In this document: positions 35,217 to 46,106 of the stretch, piece by piece
Layout: each line of letters starts with the position of its first letter
Numbering within the stretch: the stretch's first letter is position 1
From: Patescibacteria group bacterium
GTDB lineage: Bacteria > Patescibacteriota > Minisyncoccia > UBA6257 > JACRHW01
Reading direction: 5' to 3'
Assembly (NCBI GenBank): GCA_028865725.1
Contig: JAGWJP010000003.1
Coordinates: forward strand, 65,697-129,696
Length of the DNA stretch: 64,000 bases
The notes under the pieces: generated by a model
Databases searched by the model: none
What the model was told of the DNA's origin: nothing
What the model saw: only the letters and a program-made list of their open reading frames with translations
Made by a program: the position numbers and the translations under genes

Positions 35217-36569
35217 TTGGAATTTATGAAACCGCCGTCGTTTATGATAAAGAAGTTTTGGCGATTGTATCATTTTTTGTGGGCGTATGGTGCCGCGGTG
35301 TGGTATCGATTTCCCTCACGCAAGCTTGTGGTGATTGGAGTTACCGGCACGAAAGGAAAGACTACGACTGTAGAGCTTATGGCGCATGTATTTGCCTCTG
35401 CTGGACACCGCGTAGTGTCGTCTTCAGGGCTTTGGTTTCGTGTGGCAGGTAGGGCAGAGAGGAACGATTTTAAAATGACGATGCCAGGGCATGGGTTTTT
35501 GCAGAAGCTTATGGCGCGTGGAGTGCACGCAAAGTGTGATATCGCTATTCTTGAGGTTACTTCGGAGGGGCTTGTACAGTCGCGCCATCGCTATATTGAT
35601 TTTGATGCGGCGGTATTTTTAGGGATTCACGAAGAGCACATTGAGCGTCATGGTGGGTTTGAGCAGTATCGCAAAGCAAAAGAGCTGTTGTTTAAAGCAC
35701 TTCATGAATCTTCGAAATCGCGGAAGGTTGCGATTATCAATACTGACGACGCGCATGCTGATGCGTTTATGCGTTATTGTGCCGATGAAACGTGGCGATT
35801 TGGATTTCATGGAAACCCGATTAAGAAGAATATGAAGTCGTTGAAAGCAGATGGGGTACAAGTGGGTGTTACGGGTCTACAGTTCTTCGTAAATGGTAAC
35901 AAGATTATCTCTCCACTTCTCGGTGAGTTTAATGTGTATAACATTCTTGCTTCCATTGCTGCCGCAAAAGCATTGGGCGTGGCCGATGAAGTAATTCAGA
36001 ATGCGCTTCAAACCTTTCCTGGAATTCCTGGGCGTATGGAGGTGATTGAGCAGAATGGTGTGCGAGCGGTGGTTGATTATGCACACACGCCCGATTCATT
36101 GGAGTGGGTATATAAAGAAACGCGTCGTATTTTTAATCCACGTCGCATGATTTGTATTCTTGGCGCTGCGGGCGGAGGGAGAGATACGTGGAAACGTCCT
36201 GCGTTTGGCGCGCTTGCCGCAATGTACTGCGATGTGATTTTTCTTACCGACGAAGATCCTTATGACGAAGACCCGGCAGCTATTGTGCGCGATATCAAGC
36301 GTGGAATTGATGAATTCAATGGACGAAAGGTTAAGCTTTCCGCGTCGGCATTTAATGTATTTCAAAAAGAGACACGCCTTGCGTCTCCCCCTGAGGTGCG
36401 TGTAGTACTCGAGAGGAGTCAGGCAATTGCACAGGCAATTTCTCTTGCGCGAGAAGGGGATGTAGTGGTATGTACAGGAAAGGGGGGCGAGCGATGGATG
36501 GTAGTCGCCGATGGTAAAAAAATTCCATGGGATGAGTCGGCGCTCGTACGTAAATTGTTAGGAATCTAG
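35217..36569 (+). CDS. murE: UDP-MurNAc-tripeptide synthetase MurE
   Basis: GVTGTKGKTTT, LEVTSEG, GRME, VDYAHTPDSL, GGGRD..KRP; DEDPY in place of DNPR. Confidence 0.9.
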   Translation: MEFMKPPSFMIKKFWRLYHFLWAYGAAVWYRFPSRKLVVIGVTGTKGKTTTVELMAHVFASAGHRVVSSSGLWFRVAGRAERNDFKMTMPGHGFLQKLMARGVHAKCDIAILEVTSEGLVQSRHRYIDFDAAVFLGIHEEHIERHGGFEQYRKAKELLFKALHESSKSRKVAIINTDDAHADAFMRYCADETWRFGFHGNPIKKNMKSLKADGVQVGVTGLQFFVNGNKIISPLLGEFNVYNILASIAAAKALGVADEVIQNALQTFPGIPGRMEVIEQNGVRAVVDYAHTPDSLEWVYKETRRIFNPRRMICILGAAGGGRDTWKRPAFGALAAMYCDVIFLTDEDPYDEDPAAIVRDIKRGIDEFNGRKVKLSASAFNVFQKETRLASPPEVRVVLERSQAIAQAISLAREGDVVVCTGKGGERWMVVADGKKIPWDESALVRKLLGI

Positions 36570-36581
36570 CCACTATTTTTT

Positions 36582-37064
36582 ATGAGAAAAACAACAAAAG
36601 AGCCAGCATTTATACCGCAACCTGGACAGGTAGATTTTTCTCATGCGCGATGGGCGCCGGTGATCAATTGCGTCGTGACACATAAGGGCAGGATTTTGCT
36701 GGTACAGCGAAGCAAGGAGTTGCGGCTGTATCCAGGGTATTGGAATGGGATCTCTGGATTTCTCGATGATCAGCGAAGCTTGATACAAAAAGTGAAAGAT
36801 GAGATCTGCGAAGAGACCGGCATTGCACGAGCAAAGATAAAAAACATCAAATTCGGAAGGATTTTTGATGCAGAAGCGCCAAAATATAAAAAAACATGGA
36901 TTGTACATCCTGTTCTTGTGGAGGTGGCGTCGGATGCAATTACGCTTGATTGGGAGGCGGAGAAGTACCGCTGGGTTACCCTACAGGAAGCAAAAACATT
37001 AAAATTACTTCCTAGCTTCAAGGATGTGTTGGAAGCAGTGAAACCACTGCTTCATGGCAAATAA
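36582..37064 (+). CDS. NUDIX hydrolase
   Basis: ILLVQRS...YPGYW..SG, EICEETG, LDWE. Confidence 0.85.
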   Translation: MRKTTKEPAFIPQPGQVDFSHARWAPVINCVVTHKGRILLVQRSKELRLYPGYWNGISGFLDDQRSLIQKVKDEICEETGIARAKIKNIKFGRIFDAEAPKYKKTWIVHPVLVEVASDAITLDWEAEKYRWVTLQEAKTLKLLPSFKDVLEAVKPLLHGK

Positions 37065-37102
37065 AAACCGCGGGATATACCACGCGGATAACTGAGCTCT
37101 TT

Positions 37103-37342
37103 TTATTGAAACAGATGAGGTAATTTTTTTGCTTGTTCGATTTCGTGAGAACCACCGAGACCTTCATGATGAAGCGGGCATCCCATTGCTATGATATTGG
37201 GAAATGCCGGACACGCGCACTCGAACAAAAGTTTGAGACAACCGATCGAAAGGATTACTCTTGCTGCGGAGCGGGTGTCTGGAGTAGCTGTTTCCACACG
37301 ACGGAAGCCTAGCGGAAGAAGTTCTCGTTCTGCGTAGGTCAT
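37103..37342 (-). CDS. Hypothetical small protein
   Basis: 79 aa with AAGAGG SD; fills the gap between the NUDIX genes. Confidence 0.45.
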   Translation of the reverse strand: MTYAERELLPLGFRRVETATPDTRSAARVILSIGCLKLLFECACPAFPNIIAMGCPLHHEGLGGSHEIEQAKKLPHLFQ

Positions 37343-37455
37343 ATCAAACCTCTTTTGGAGGCATTGACCTTACCACAGAGTAAGAAGTAAAAAAGGATTA
37401 GTCAAATTGCTGCGGAATTAAAAATATATTAAAAAGTGAAAAGTAAGAAGCGCCG

Positions 37456-37513
37456 TATTCGCTTCCGATATTCGTAACCATTCATATCATTCGTACTGAT
37501 TCGTATATTCGTA
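37456..37513 (+). repeat. ATTCGTA direct-repeat cluster upstream of the polysaccharide locus
   Basis: ATTCGTA at 37470, 37489, 37499, 37507; ATTCATA at 37480; TATTCG at 37456. Confidence 0.75.
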
Positions 37514-37971
37514 TGTTAAACTCCGGATTTCTAAAAAAAGAACGTTATAAAAAAGTGTATGAAGTAGCACCGATTTTTTGCGTGGATTTGGTTGTCGTAT
37601 GCGGTAACGAATTTTTGTTAGGGAAGCGTACGCATGATCCTGAGAAGGGGAAGTGGTTTCTGCCGGGCGGAAGGATTTATAAAATGGAATCATTTGATCA
37701 GGCTGTGAAGCGGAAAGTCAAGGAAGAGCTCAATATCCGCGTTCCAAAAAAAGATTTCGAATTTTTAATGCTCGGGTCTGTGATTTCAGAGCAAGCGCCA
37801 TTTGGCAACGGACCTTTTCATGCCGTGATCGGGGTCTACAAGGTTCATGTTCGTAATAAAAATAGAGTACAGGCAGACGCACAGCATTCGGAATTTGCAT
37901 GGTTTTCTTCCATTGATCAAAAATGGCACCCTTACGTAAAAGGGGCGCTTTATAAGGCGGGATTCAAATAG
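37513..37971 (+). CDS. gmm: GDP-mannose mannosyl hydrolase-like NUDIX protein
   Basis: CVDLVV, LLGKR..DP.KGKWFLPGGRI.K.E, QHSEFAWF; adjacent to gmd and fcl. Confidence 0.75.
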   Translation: MLNSGFLKKERYKKVYEVAPIFCVDLVVVCGNEFLLGKRTHDPEKGKWFLPGGRIYKMESFDQAVKRKVKEELNIRVPKKDFEFLMLGSVISEQAPFGNGPFHAVIGVYKVHVRNKNRVQADAQHSEFAWFSSIDQKWHPYVKGALYKAGFK

Positions 37972-38040
37972 ATTTTTATTGTATACCATTGAGTCGGATG
38001 CCCTTGCATAATAAGATTTTGAAGGGTATAACACTAAGTA

Positions 38041-39991
<1,951 letters not shown>

Positions 39992-39996
39992 TAATG

Positions 39997-40031
39997 AAAA
40001 ATCCCGGTGAAAACCGGGATTTTGTTTTTTT
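39997..40031. terminator. Bidirectional terminator between fcl and mgtC
   Basis: AAAATCCCGGT-GAAA-ACCGGGATTTT plus T tract. Confidence 0.85.
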
Positions 40032-40038
40032 AGGATGC

Positions 40039-40509
40039 CTAGTCTTTTTGAGTCGCGTGAGGAGTAATTCCTATACCCCGCGTGATGTAGAGGAGGACGG
40101 TGATAGTGATTGCTGCGATGACACTAAATTCAATGAGGCCGACGCCCACGAGGGTACCGATGGCTGCGGTAATCCATATCACCGCTGCAGTGGTGAGTCC
40201 GTGTACATGTTGCTCTGTTTTAATGATGATCCCCGCTCCCAAAAAACCAACCCCTACTACAATATTTGCGATAATGGTTAAGAATCCGCTATTTCTCGCA
40301 AGTATTTCTGAAATGTTTTGAGGTGATGTACCGAGAAGATAGGGGAGCGAAAGACCAACAATGGTAAAAATTGAAGCTCCTCCTGCGACGAGCATGGAGG
40401 TGCGAATACCCGCCTCTTTTCCTACAAGTTCGCGCTCAATGCCGATAATTGCTCCGAGCAAAAGAGCAGCCATAAATCGTATAACCATTTCGTGGAGAGA
40501 AAGCGACAT
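40039..40509 (-). CDS. mgtC: MgtC/SapB family membrane protein
   Basis: IGIERE...AGIRT, GVGFLGAG, GLTTAAVIW. Confidence 0.92.
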   Translation of the reverse strand: MSLSLHEMVIRFMAALLLGAIIGIERELVGKEAGIRTSMLVAGGASIFTIVGLSLPYLLGTSPQNISEILARNSGFLTIIANIVVGVGFLGAGIIIKTEQHVHGLTTAAVIWITAAIGTLVGVGLIEFSVIAAITITVLLYITRGIGITPHATQKD

Positions 40510-40645
40510 ATTGATTGAGATTATGTTCTTTTAACTATACTTCTTTTTCTGTGATTTTGTAAGAGTAGAATGACGCGAATGAAAATATTTGACATTTTAT
40601 AGAATTCATTATATTATTCCCTTCTAAGAAGGGAGGTTTTGTATT

Positions 40646-41695
40646 TTGAAAAAAAGGAGTCTTGTTGTGGTTTCGAAGGATAATGGTGATACGAAGACAC
40701 TTTTGCCCATTGTACAGGCGGCACGATGCTTTGGTTATCATGTCATGGTGTTTGCCGAAGGGGTGGGTGTTGCGCATTATGCAAAAGAAGGAGTAGCTAC
40801 TTTTTTCTCTGACGCGCCAAATCCAGATCCGCATTCTTCGTTTGATTTTGTGAGTCTTTTCTCCTGCGTGCGTCCTCATGCCGTTTTGGTTGGATTTCCT
40901 TTTCCTAATAATCTTTCTCATCAGGCAAGCGCCGCAGCGAACCTTAAAGGAATTACTCTCATAGGCGTTGAGGATAACTGGGGAGGCGTAAAAAGAAACT
41001 CTGAGTATCAGTATGCATGCGTACTCACGATTGATGAGTATGCCAAAGACCTTGCATCTCCCTTTGTTAATCCGGACAACATTGTCATTATCGGGAACCA
41101 CGCCATTCCGGGCGCAGAGTATCATCCGCATTCTTCTGTCTCAGAACAAATGAAGGCGTTGAGGATGAAATTCGACTCTATCTTTGTCTATGGCGGAGGT
41201 GGTGAGTATACTACCGATGAGTTGCGGCTTCTCGTTTCTTCTTTGGAAAGGACACCCGGCAACTGGTGCCTTATTCCGCGGTACCATCCGAACTACAAGA
41301 AAAAGACGGCAGAAGAAATAGGGGATTCGCGATCATTTGAAAAAGTGTGGGATGAACTGCTTCTTCCTATCCAAGATCGCGTGGTGCGCGTTGATGAGGG
41401 AAATAGCGATGACATGGCAATGCTGTGTGATGCGTATTTTTCGGGGTGGGGTTCTTCCATGAGCACCGCCATTTCTTGCGGAAAACCAACGATTGCGGTT
41501 TCAACCGAGGCAACGCAAAAGGCGCTTTATGAACACTGTCTCGATGTTGTTCCCGCGGTTTATATCGGAGGGGCACATCTCTTGCAAAAGACACAAGACA
41601 TTTCTCCGCTTCTTGTCGCGCCCCCAATATCGGTGCAAAAAAATCTTTTCCCACTGAACCCCGGTCGTGCAGTTGACGTGATCAATAGGTTGTAG
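40646..41695 (+). CDS. Hypothetical GT-B-fold-like protein
   Basis: 349 aa, TTG start; IVIIGN, PRYHP, SSMSTA...GKPTI resemble GT-B/2-epimerase-like C-terminal motifs. Confidence 0.6.
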   Translation: MKKRSLVVVSKDNGDTKTLLPIVQAARCFGYHVMVFAEGVGVAHYAKEGVATFFSDAPNPDPHSSFDFVSLFSCVRPHAVLVGFPFPNNLSHQASAAANLKGITLIGVEDNWGGVKRNSEYQYACVLTIDEYAKDLASPFVNPDNIVIIGNHAIPGAEYHPHSSVSEQMKALRMKFDSIFVYGGGGEYTTDELRLLVSSLERTPGNWCLIPRYHPNYKKKTAEEIGDSRSFEKVWDELLLPIQDRVVRVDEGNSDDMAMLCDAYFSGWGSSMSTAISCGKPTIAVSTEATQKALYEHCLDVVPAVYIGGAHLLQKTQDISPLLVAPPISVQKNLFPLNPGRAVDVINRL

Positions 41696-41701
41696 ATTGG
41701 T

Positions 41702-41728
41702 ACCTCTCTGAAATCAGAGAGGTTTTTT
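41702..41728 (+). terminator. Intrinsic terminator
   Basis: ACCTCTCTG-AAAT-CAGAGAGGT followed by a T run. Confidence 0.8.
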
Positions 41729-41768
41729 AAAAAGATTTGCCAATTCATAAAATTTGTGTTGTATTGCT

Positions 41769-41798
41769 TTGACACGTTGTGACACCTTTTGATACGAT
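41769..41798 (+). promoter_or_regulatory. Promoter overlapped by three 10-bp-phased TGA(C/T)AC repeats
   Basis: TTGACA-18-TACGAT; TGACAC 41770, TGACAC 41780, TGATAC 41790; ATG 6 nt after the -10. Confidence 0.65.
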
Positions 41799-41804
41799 TG
41801 AATC

Positions 41805-42050
41805 ATGACATCGATTCATCCAGAAAACGTTTATACGACGCAAGAAGCGCAAGATTATCTAAAGATAAGCATGAGTACCATGAAACGCCTCTTAAAGAAG
41901 GGGATTCTTCGTGCCAATAAGATCGGTGGACAGTACCGTATTTTAGGACGGGAATTATTGCGCCTCGTGTCTCCTGAGATAGAAGAGCATGCGGTGCGGG
42001 TTTACCAAAAAGTAAAGCGAAAAACTAAAGCAACTATCGAACACTGGTAG
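41805..42050 (+). CDS. Small MerR-like/excisionase-family HTH DNA-binding protein (HTH_17)
   Basis: YTTQEAQDYLKIS.STMKRLLKKG.LRANKIGGQYRI. Confidence 0.88.
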   Translation: MTSIHPENVYTTQEAQDYLKISMSTMKRLLKKGILRANKIGGQYRILGRELLRLVSPEIEEHAVRVYQKVKRKTKATIEHW

Positions 42051-42139
42051 TTATTGTGTGGCAGATGGCTCACTGACCACTGGCTATGGGCTATAACATT
42101 CGGTCGCCTGTAGTCCATAAGCCGTAAGCAGTTTCATTT

Positions 42140-42952
42140 ATGGAAACGATCATCAAACCGGTAAAACCACTTCGTATTGATCTTCAAGAGCTCTGGCGCT
42201 ATCGCGAGCTTTTTTATTATCTCGCATGGCGCGATGTGAAGGTGCGCTATAAGCAAACCGCGATTGGTGTCGTGTGGGCGGTTATTCAGCCGTTTCTCAT
42301 GATGGTGGTGTTAAGCATTTTTTTTGGAAGGGTTCTTGCGGTACAGACCAACGGGATCCCTTATCCCATTTTTGCATTTACCGGTCTTCTTTTTTGGAAT
42401 TATTTTTCAAACGCGCTTACAGGTGCCAGCAACAGTCTTGTCGCAAATCAGGCCATTATCCAGAAAATTTATTTTCCCCGCGTTTTGCTTCCGATTGCAT
42501 CCACAATGGTGTACCTGCTTGATTTTGTCATTGCATCGTTCGTACTTGCGGGGCTCATGGTTTATTATCATTACGCCCCGTCCCTTACAGGGTTAATACT
42601 TATCGCGCCATGCCTCTTGATTACCTGTCTTACCTTTTCAGGACTTGGACTTTGGCTTGCGGCATTGAATGTAAAATATCGTGATGTGCGCTACGCACTG
42701 CCATTTTTTATTCAAGTGCTTCTTTTTGTGACACCCGTGATTTATCCGATTACGCTTCTCAATAAGCATCGCTGGATATGGTTGTTTAATCCTATGAGTG
42801 GCGTAGTAGACACTATGCGCGCAGGATTATTATCGGTTGGCACGATCAATTGGCAGCTTCTTGGTGTGTCGTTTGGAATTAGCATAGCGGTATTTCTTTT
42901 CGGACTTTTTTATTTCAACAAAACGGAGCATTATTTTGCGGACATTGTATAA
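42140..42952 (+). CDS. wzm: Polysaccharide ABC transporter permease
   Basis: ELWRYRELF..LAWRDVKVRYKQT, KIYFPR, YRDV, FVTPVIYP, NPM. Confidence 0.95.
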   Translation: METIIKPVKPLRIDLQELWRYRELFYYLAWRDVKVRYKQTAIGVVWAVIQPFLMMVVLSIFFGRVLAVQTNGIPYPIFAFTGLLFWNYFSNALTGASNSLVANQAIIQKIYFPRVLLPIASTMVYLLDFVIASFVLAGLMVYYHYAPSLTGLILIAPCLLITCLTFSGLGLWLAALNVKYRDVRYALPFFIQVLLFVTPVIYPITLLNKHRWIWLFNPMSGVVDTMRAGLLSVGTINWQLLGVSFGISIAVFLFGLFYFNKTEHYFADIV

Positions 42953-42954
42953 CT

Positions 42955-44217
42955 ATGGATAATGTCATTGAAGTAAAAGGCATCAGTAAACAATATACGA
43001 TCAATCACGAGCGGCTGCCATATCATTCGCTTCGCGATGATCTTATCGGATTGCTGAAAAAACCAATTCGCTGGTTGCATGGGCATCAAGAAGTGCAAGA
43101 ACCATTTTGGGCGTTGAAAGGTATTACTTTTGAAGTAAAAAAAGGAGAGGTGCTTGGCATTATCGGTGCAAACGGCGCCGGGAAATCGACGCTTCTTAAA
43201 ATCCTTTCGCGCATTACGTATCCCACGACCGGAGAAATCGTGATGCAAGGAAGAGTGGGAAGTTTGCTTGAAGTGGGGACGGGATTCCATCCCGAACTCA
43301 CGGGGCGAGAGAACATTTATCTAAACGGCGTCATTCTTGGAATGACCAAAAAAGAGATTGATGCGAAGTTTGACGAGATTGTCACCTTTGCCGGCATTGA
43401 ACGGTTTCTTGATACTCCGGTGAAGCATTATTCAAGCGGCATGTATGTGCGTCTCGCGTTTTCCGTTGCCGCGCATCTGGAGCCAGACATTTTGATTGTC
43501 GATGAAGTGCTTGCCGTCGGCGACGCTGAATTTCAGAAAAAATCTCTCGGCAAGATGGAGGAAATTACAAAAAAAGGCGGAAGGACTATTTTGTTTGTAA
43601 GCCACAATATGGATGCGGTGCAGGCAATTTGCAAGAAATCAATCCTTTTAGAGCACGGGTCAATCAAGATGATGGGGGACACCAAAGACGTCATTCATAC
43701 CTATCTTTATGATAAGACAAGGCGTGAACCGATAAAAACATTTGAAGGGGCTGGTGACAAGAAGCAGGCATGTCTCAATCGTATTACCATTTTGAATGAT
43801 GAGAAAAATCCAAGCACCGATTTAAGCATCGCGAAGCCATTTTATATAGAAGTTGAATACACGCTCAAAAGCGCTTTTTCGGCATTTGTTGTTTTGAAAC
43901 TTTTTTCAACGTCGCTTCCGAACCAATATCTTTTCGTTTCTTGGAGCAATGACAATGGGTATGCGAATCCTTCGGAGCCCGGAACGTACCGCGCTCGCAT
44001 CAAGGTTGATCCAATTTTAAATACAGGAATGTATTCCTATCTTGTCGGCATCGCGACACATACAGAAGATTATATCGACTATACGGTTCAGAACGACATT
44101 ATTTCTATTCAGAACGTCGAAGGATTTCCTTTTCCAGTAGTTATGCACGGAAGGCAAGATTCCTTTTTTCTCTATTCCGGACATTGGAACATTACTCCTG
44201 TGACGCCAGATCTATGA
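42955..44217 (+). CDS. wzt: Polysaccharide ABC transporter ATPase with C-terminal Wzt_C domain
   Basis: GANGAGKSTLL, YSSGMYVRLAF, DEVLAVGD, long C-terminal extension. Confidence 0.95.
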   Translation: MDNVIEVKGISKQYTINHERLPYHSLRDDLIGLLKKPIRWLHGHQEVQEPFWALKGITFEVKKGEVLGIIGANGAGKSTLLKILSRITYPTTGEIVMQGRVGSLLEVGTGFHPELTGRENIYLNGVILGMTKKEIDAKFDEIVTFAGIERFLDTPVKHYSSGMYVRLAFSVAAHLEPDILIVDEVLAVGDAEFQKKSLGKMEEITKKGGRTILFVSHNMDAVQAICKKSILLEHGSIKMMGDTKDVIHTYLYDKTRREPIKTFEGAGDKKQACLNRITILNDEKNPSTDLSIAKPFYIEVEYTLKSAFSAFVVLKLFSTSLPNQYLFVSWSNDNGYANPSEPGTYRARIKVDPILNTGMYSYLVGIATHTEDYIDYTVQNDIISIQNVEGFPFPVVMHGRQDSFFLYSGHWNITPVTPDL

Positions 44218-44954
44218 GTACGTCGAACCCTATCGATATCATTATTCAGGCGCGGATGGGGTCCACGCGGTTGCCAGGAAAGGTTTTAAAACCATTTCAT
44301 GGCACTACCGTGTTGGAATATCTGGTGGAGCGGGCGCGCACATCGCGCCACGCGCGGCACGTGGTCGTTGCAACAACTGTTGATAAAAAGGATGATGTGA
44401 TTGAATCGTTGTGCAAGAAAAGCGCGTATAGATGCGTTCGAGGAAGTGAGAATGATGTCCTCCGCCGCTATTATGATGCGGCGCGTGCATTAGGAAGCGA
44501 TGTGATAGTGCGGCTTACTGCGGATGATCCGTTTACTGATATGCAAGAATGCGACGTGCTCATACAAACGCTTCTAACGCATTCATTTGCTTATGTGGGG
44601 AGCCATCGCGGCGGGATTCCTCTTGGCACAGGTGCCGAAGCGTTTACCTTTGAAGCGCTCAAGAAGGCGCATGAAGAAGCCGCGCATCCGTACGAAAGAG
44701 AACATGTCACTCCCTACTTCTACGAACATCCTGAACTGTTTGCGCAAACGGAAATTGAATATCCCAACTACGCGCCTCTCACGCATATGCGGCTTACGCT
44801 TGATACCCCCGAAGATTATGAGGTGCTTTCTCGGATTGCGGATGAGATTGGAAAAGAAGATCCCACGCTTCCCGAGATTGTTGCATTTCTAAAAGAAAGA
44901 CCCGACATTACTGCGCGGAATAGCCATGTTCAACAAAAACCTCTTCACGCTTGA
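44214..44954 (+). CDS. spsF: SpsF-like cytidylyltransferase-family protein
   Basis: IIQARMGSTRLPGKVL, RGSENDVL.RY, REHVTPY, RLTLDTPEDY; start moved to ATG 44214. Confidence 0.88.
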   Translation: MSTSNPIDIIIQARMGSTRLPGKVLKPFHGTTVLEYLVERARTSRHARHVVVATTVDKKDDVIESLCKKSAYRCVRGSENDVLRRYYDAARALGSDVIVRLTADDPFTDMQECDVLIQTLLTHSFAYVGSHRGGIPLGTGAEAFTFEALKKAHEEAAHPYEREHVTPYFYEHPELFAQTEIEYPNYAPLTHMRLTLDTPEDYEVLSRIADEIGKEDPTLPEIVAFLKERPDITARNSHVQQKPLHA

Positions 44955-46105
44955 CGCTTATGAAACCGACACGAGAACAATTTTTGCCTTTTGGACTTCC
45001 TCTTTTAGGAGAGGAGGAAATTAATGAAGTTGTTGCGACCCTCGCATCGGGATGGCTTTCTACGGGACCTAAAACACTGCAGTTCGAAAAAGAGTTTGCT
45101 GCTTACGTAGGCGTAAAAGAGGCGGTGGGGCTGACCTCGTGCACCGCCGCGCTCCATCTTGCGCTCTTGGCGCACGGGATCGGAGCAGGGGATGAAGTTC
45201 TCCTTCCCTCTTTTACGTTCGCCGCAACAGCAAATATGGTGGTGAATGTCGGCGCAAAACCTATTTTTGTCGATATTGCCGAAGAAGATTTTTGCATAGA
45301 TCCTGACCTCCTTGAGCGTTCCATCACCGCGAACACAAAAGCGATTATCGTGGTTCATTACGCGGGGCTTCCGGCACGCATGGAAGCGATAAACGCTCTT
45401 GCAAAAAAACATCATCTTGTTGTTATCGAGGATGCGGCGCACGCGGCGGGGAGCGAATACAAAGGAAAAAAGATAGGGGGATTGGGAAATACCGCGAGCT
45501 TTAGTTTCTATGCGACAAAAAATATGTCGACCGGAGAAGGCGGCATGCTTACGACCGATGATCCGGATGTAGCCGATTTTGTGAGAAAAAACAGGCTGCA
45601 TGGTATTTCCAAAGACGCGTGGAAGCGGTATGAAAAAGAAGGGTCGTGGCGGTATGACGTGGAATACGCCGGATGGAAATACAACATGTTTGATCTTCAA
45701 GCGGCGATTGGCGTTCACCAGCTTCGGAAGCTTGATGCATTTCTCGAAAAAAGAAACGACTACGCGATCCAATATGACAACGCGTTTGAAGGCGTGAAAG
45801 GCTTGATCCTCCCGCCGAAGAAGATGGATGCATTTCACTCCTATCACCTCTATCCCATTCGTGTTCAATCAATGCCGCGCGATCATTTTATAGAAAAAAT
45901 GGCGGAGCGCAACATCGGTACAAGCGTTCATTTTATTCCGCTTCATCTCCAGTCGTTTTATCAAAAAACATTCGGGTATCGCGAAGGCGATCTTCCCGCA
46001 ACGGAACGGATTTTTAACGAAATTGTTTCCATTCCGCTCTATCCAAAAATGACGGAAGAAGACGTAGCCTATATCATTGAATCAGTACATCAAATTTTAA
46101 AATAA
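44951..46105 (+). CDS. DegT/DnrJ/EryC1/StrS sugar aminotransferase (SpsC/PseC-like)
   Basis: SCTAALHLAL, IEDAAHA, FSFYATKNMSTGEGGM. Confidence 0.93.
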   Translation: MTLMKPTREQFLPFGLPLLGEEEINEVVATLASGWLSTGPKTLQFEKEFAAYVGVKEAVGLTSCTAALHLALLAHGIGAGDEVLLPSFTFAATANMVVNVGAKPIFVDIAEEDFCIDPDLLERSITANTKAIIVVHYAGLPARMEAINALAKKHHLVVIEDAAHAAGSEYKGKKIGGLGNTASFSFYATKNMSTGEGGMLTTDDPDVADFVRKNRLHGISKDAWKRYEKEGSWRYDVEYAGWKYNMFDLQAAIGVHQLRKLDAFLEKRNDYAIQYDNAFEGVKGLILPPKKMDAFHSYHLYPIRVQSMPRDHFIEKMAERNIGTSVHFIPLHLQSFYQKTFGYREGDLPATERIFNEIVSIPLYPKMTEEDVAYIIESVHQILK

Positions 46106-46106
46106 T

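Noticed and set aside
37456-37513. CRISPR array
   Set aside because: Repeats are 7 nt with 1-3-nt gaps; no cas genes or 23-47-nt repeats seen in the window
41805-42050. Prophage excisionase
   Set aside because: No integrase or phage genes nearby; context fits a stand-alone regulator
45005-45868. 287-aa ORF on the minus strand
   Set aside because: Antisense to the well-supported aminotransferase
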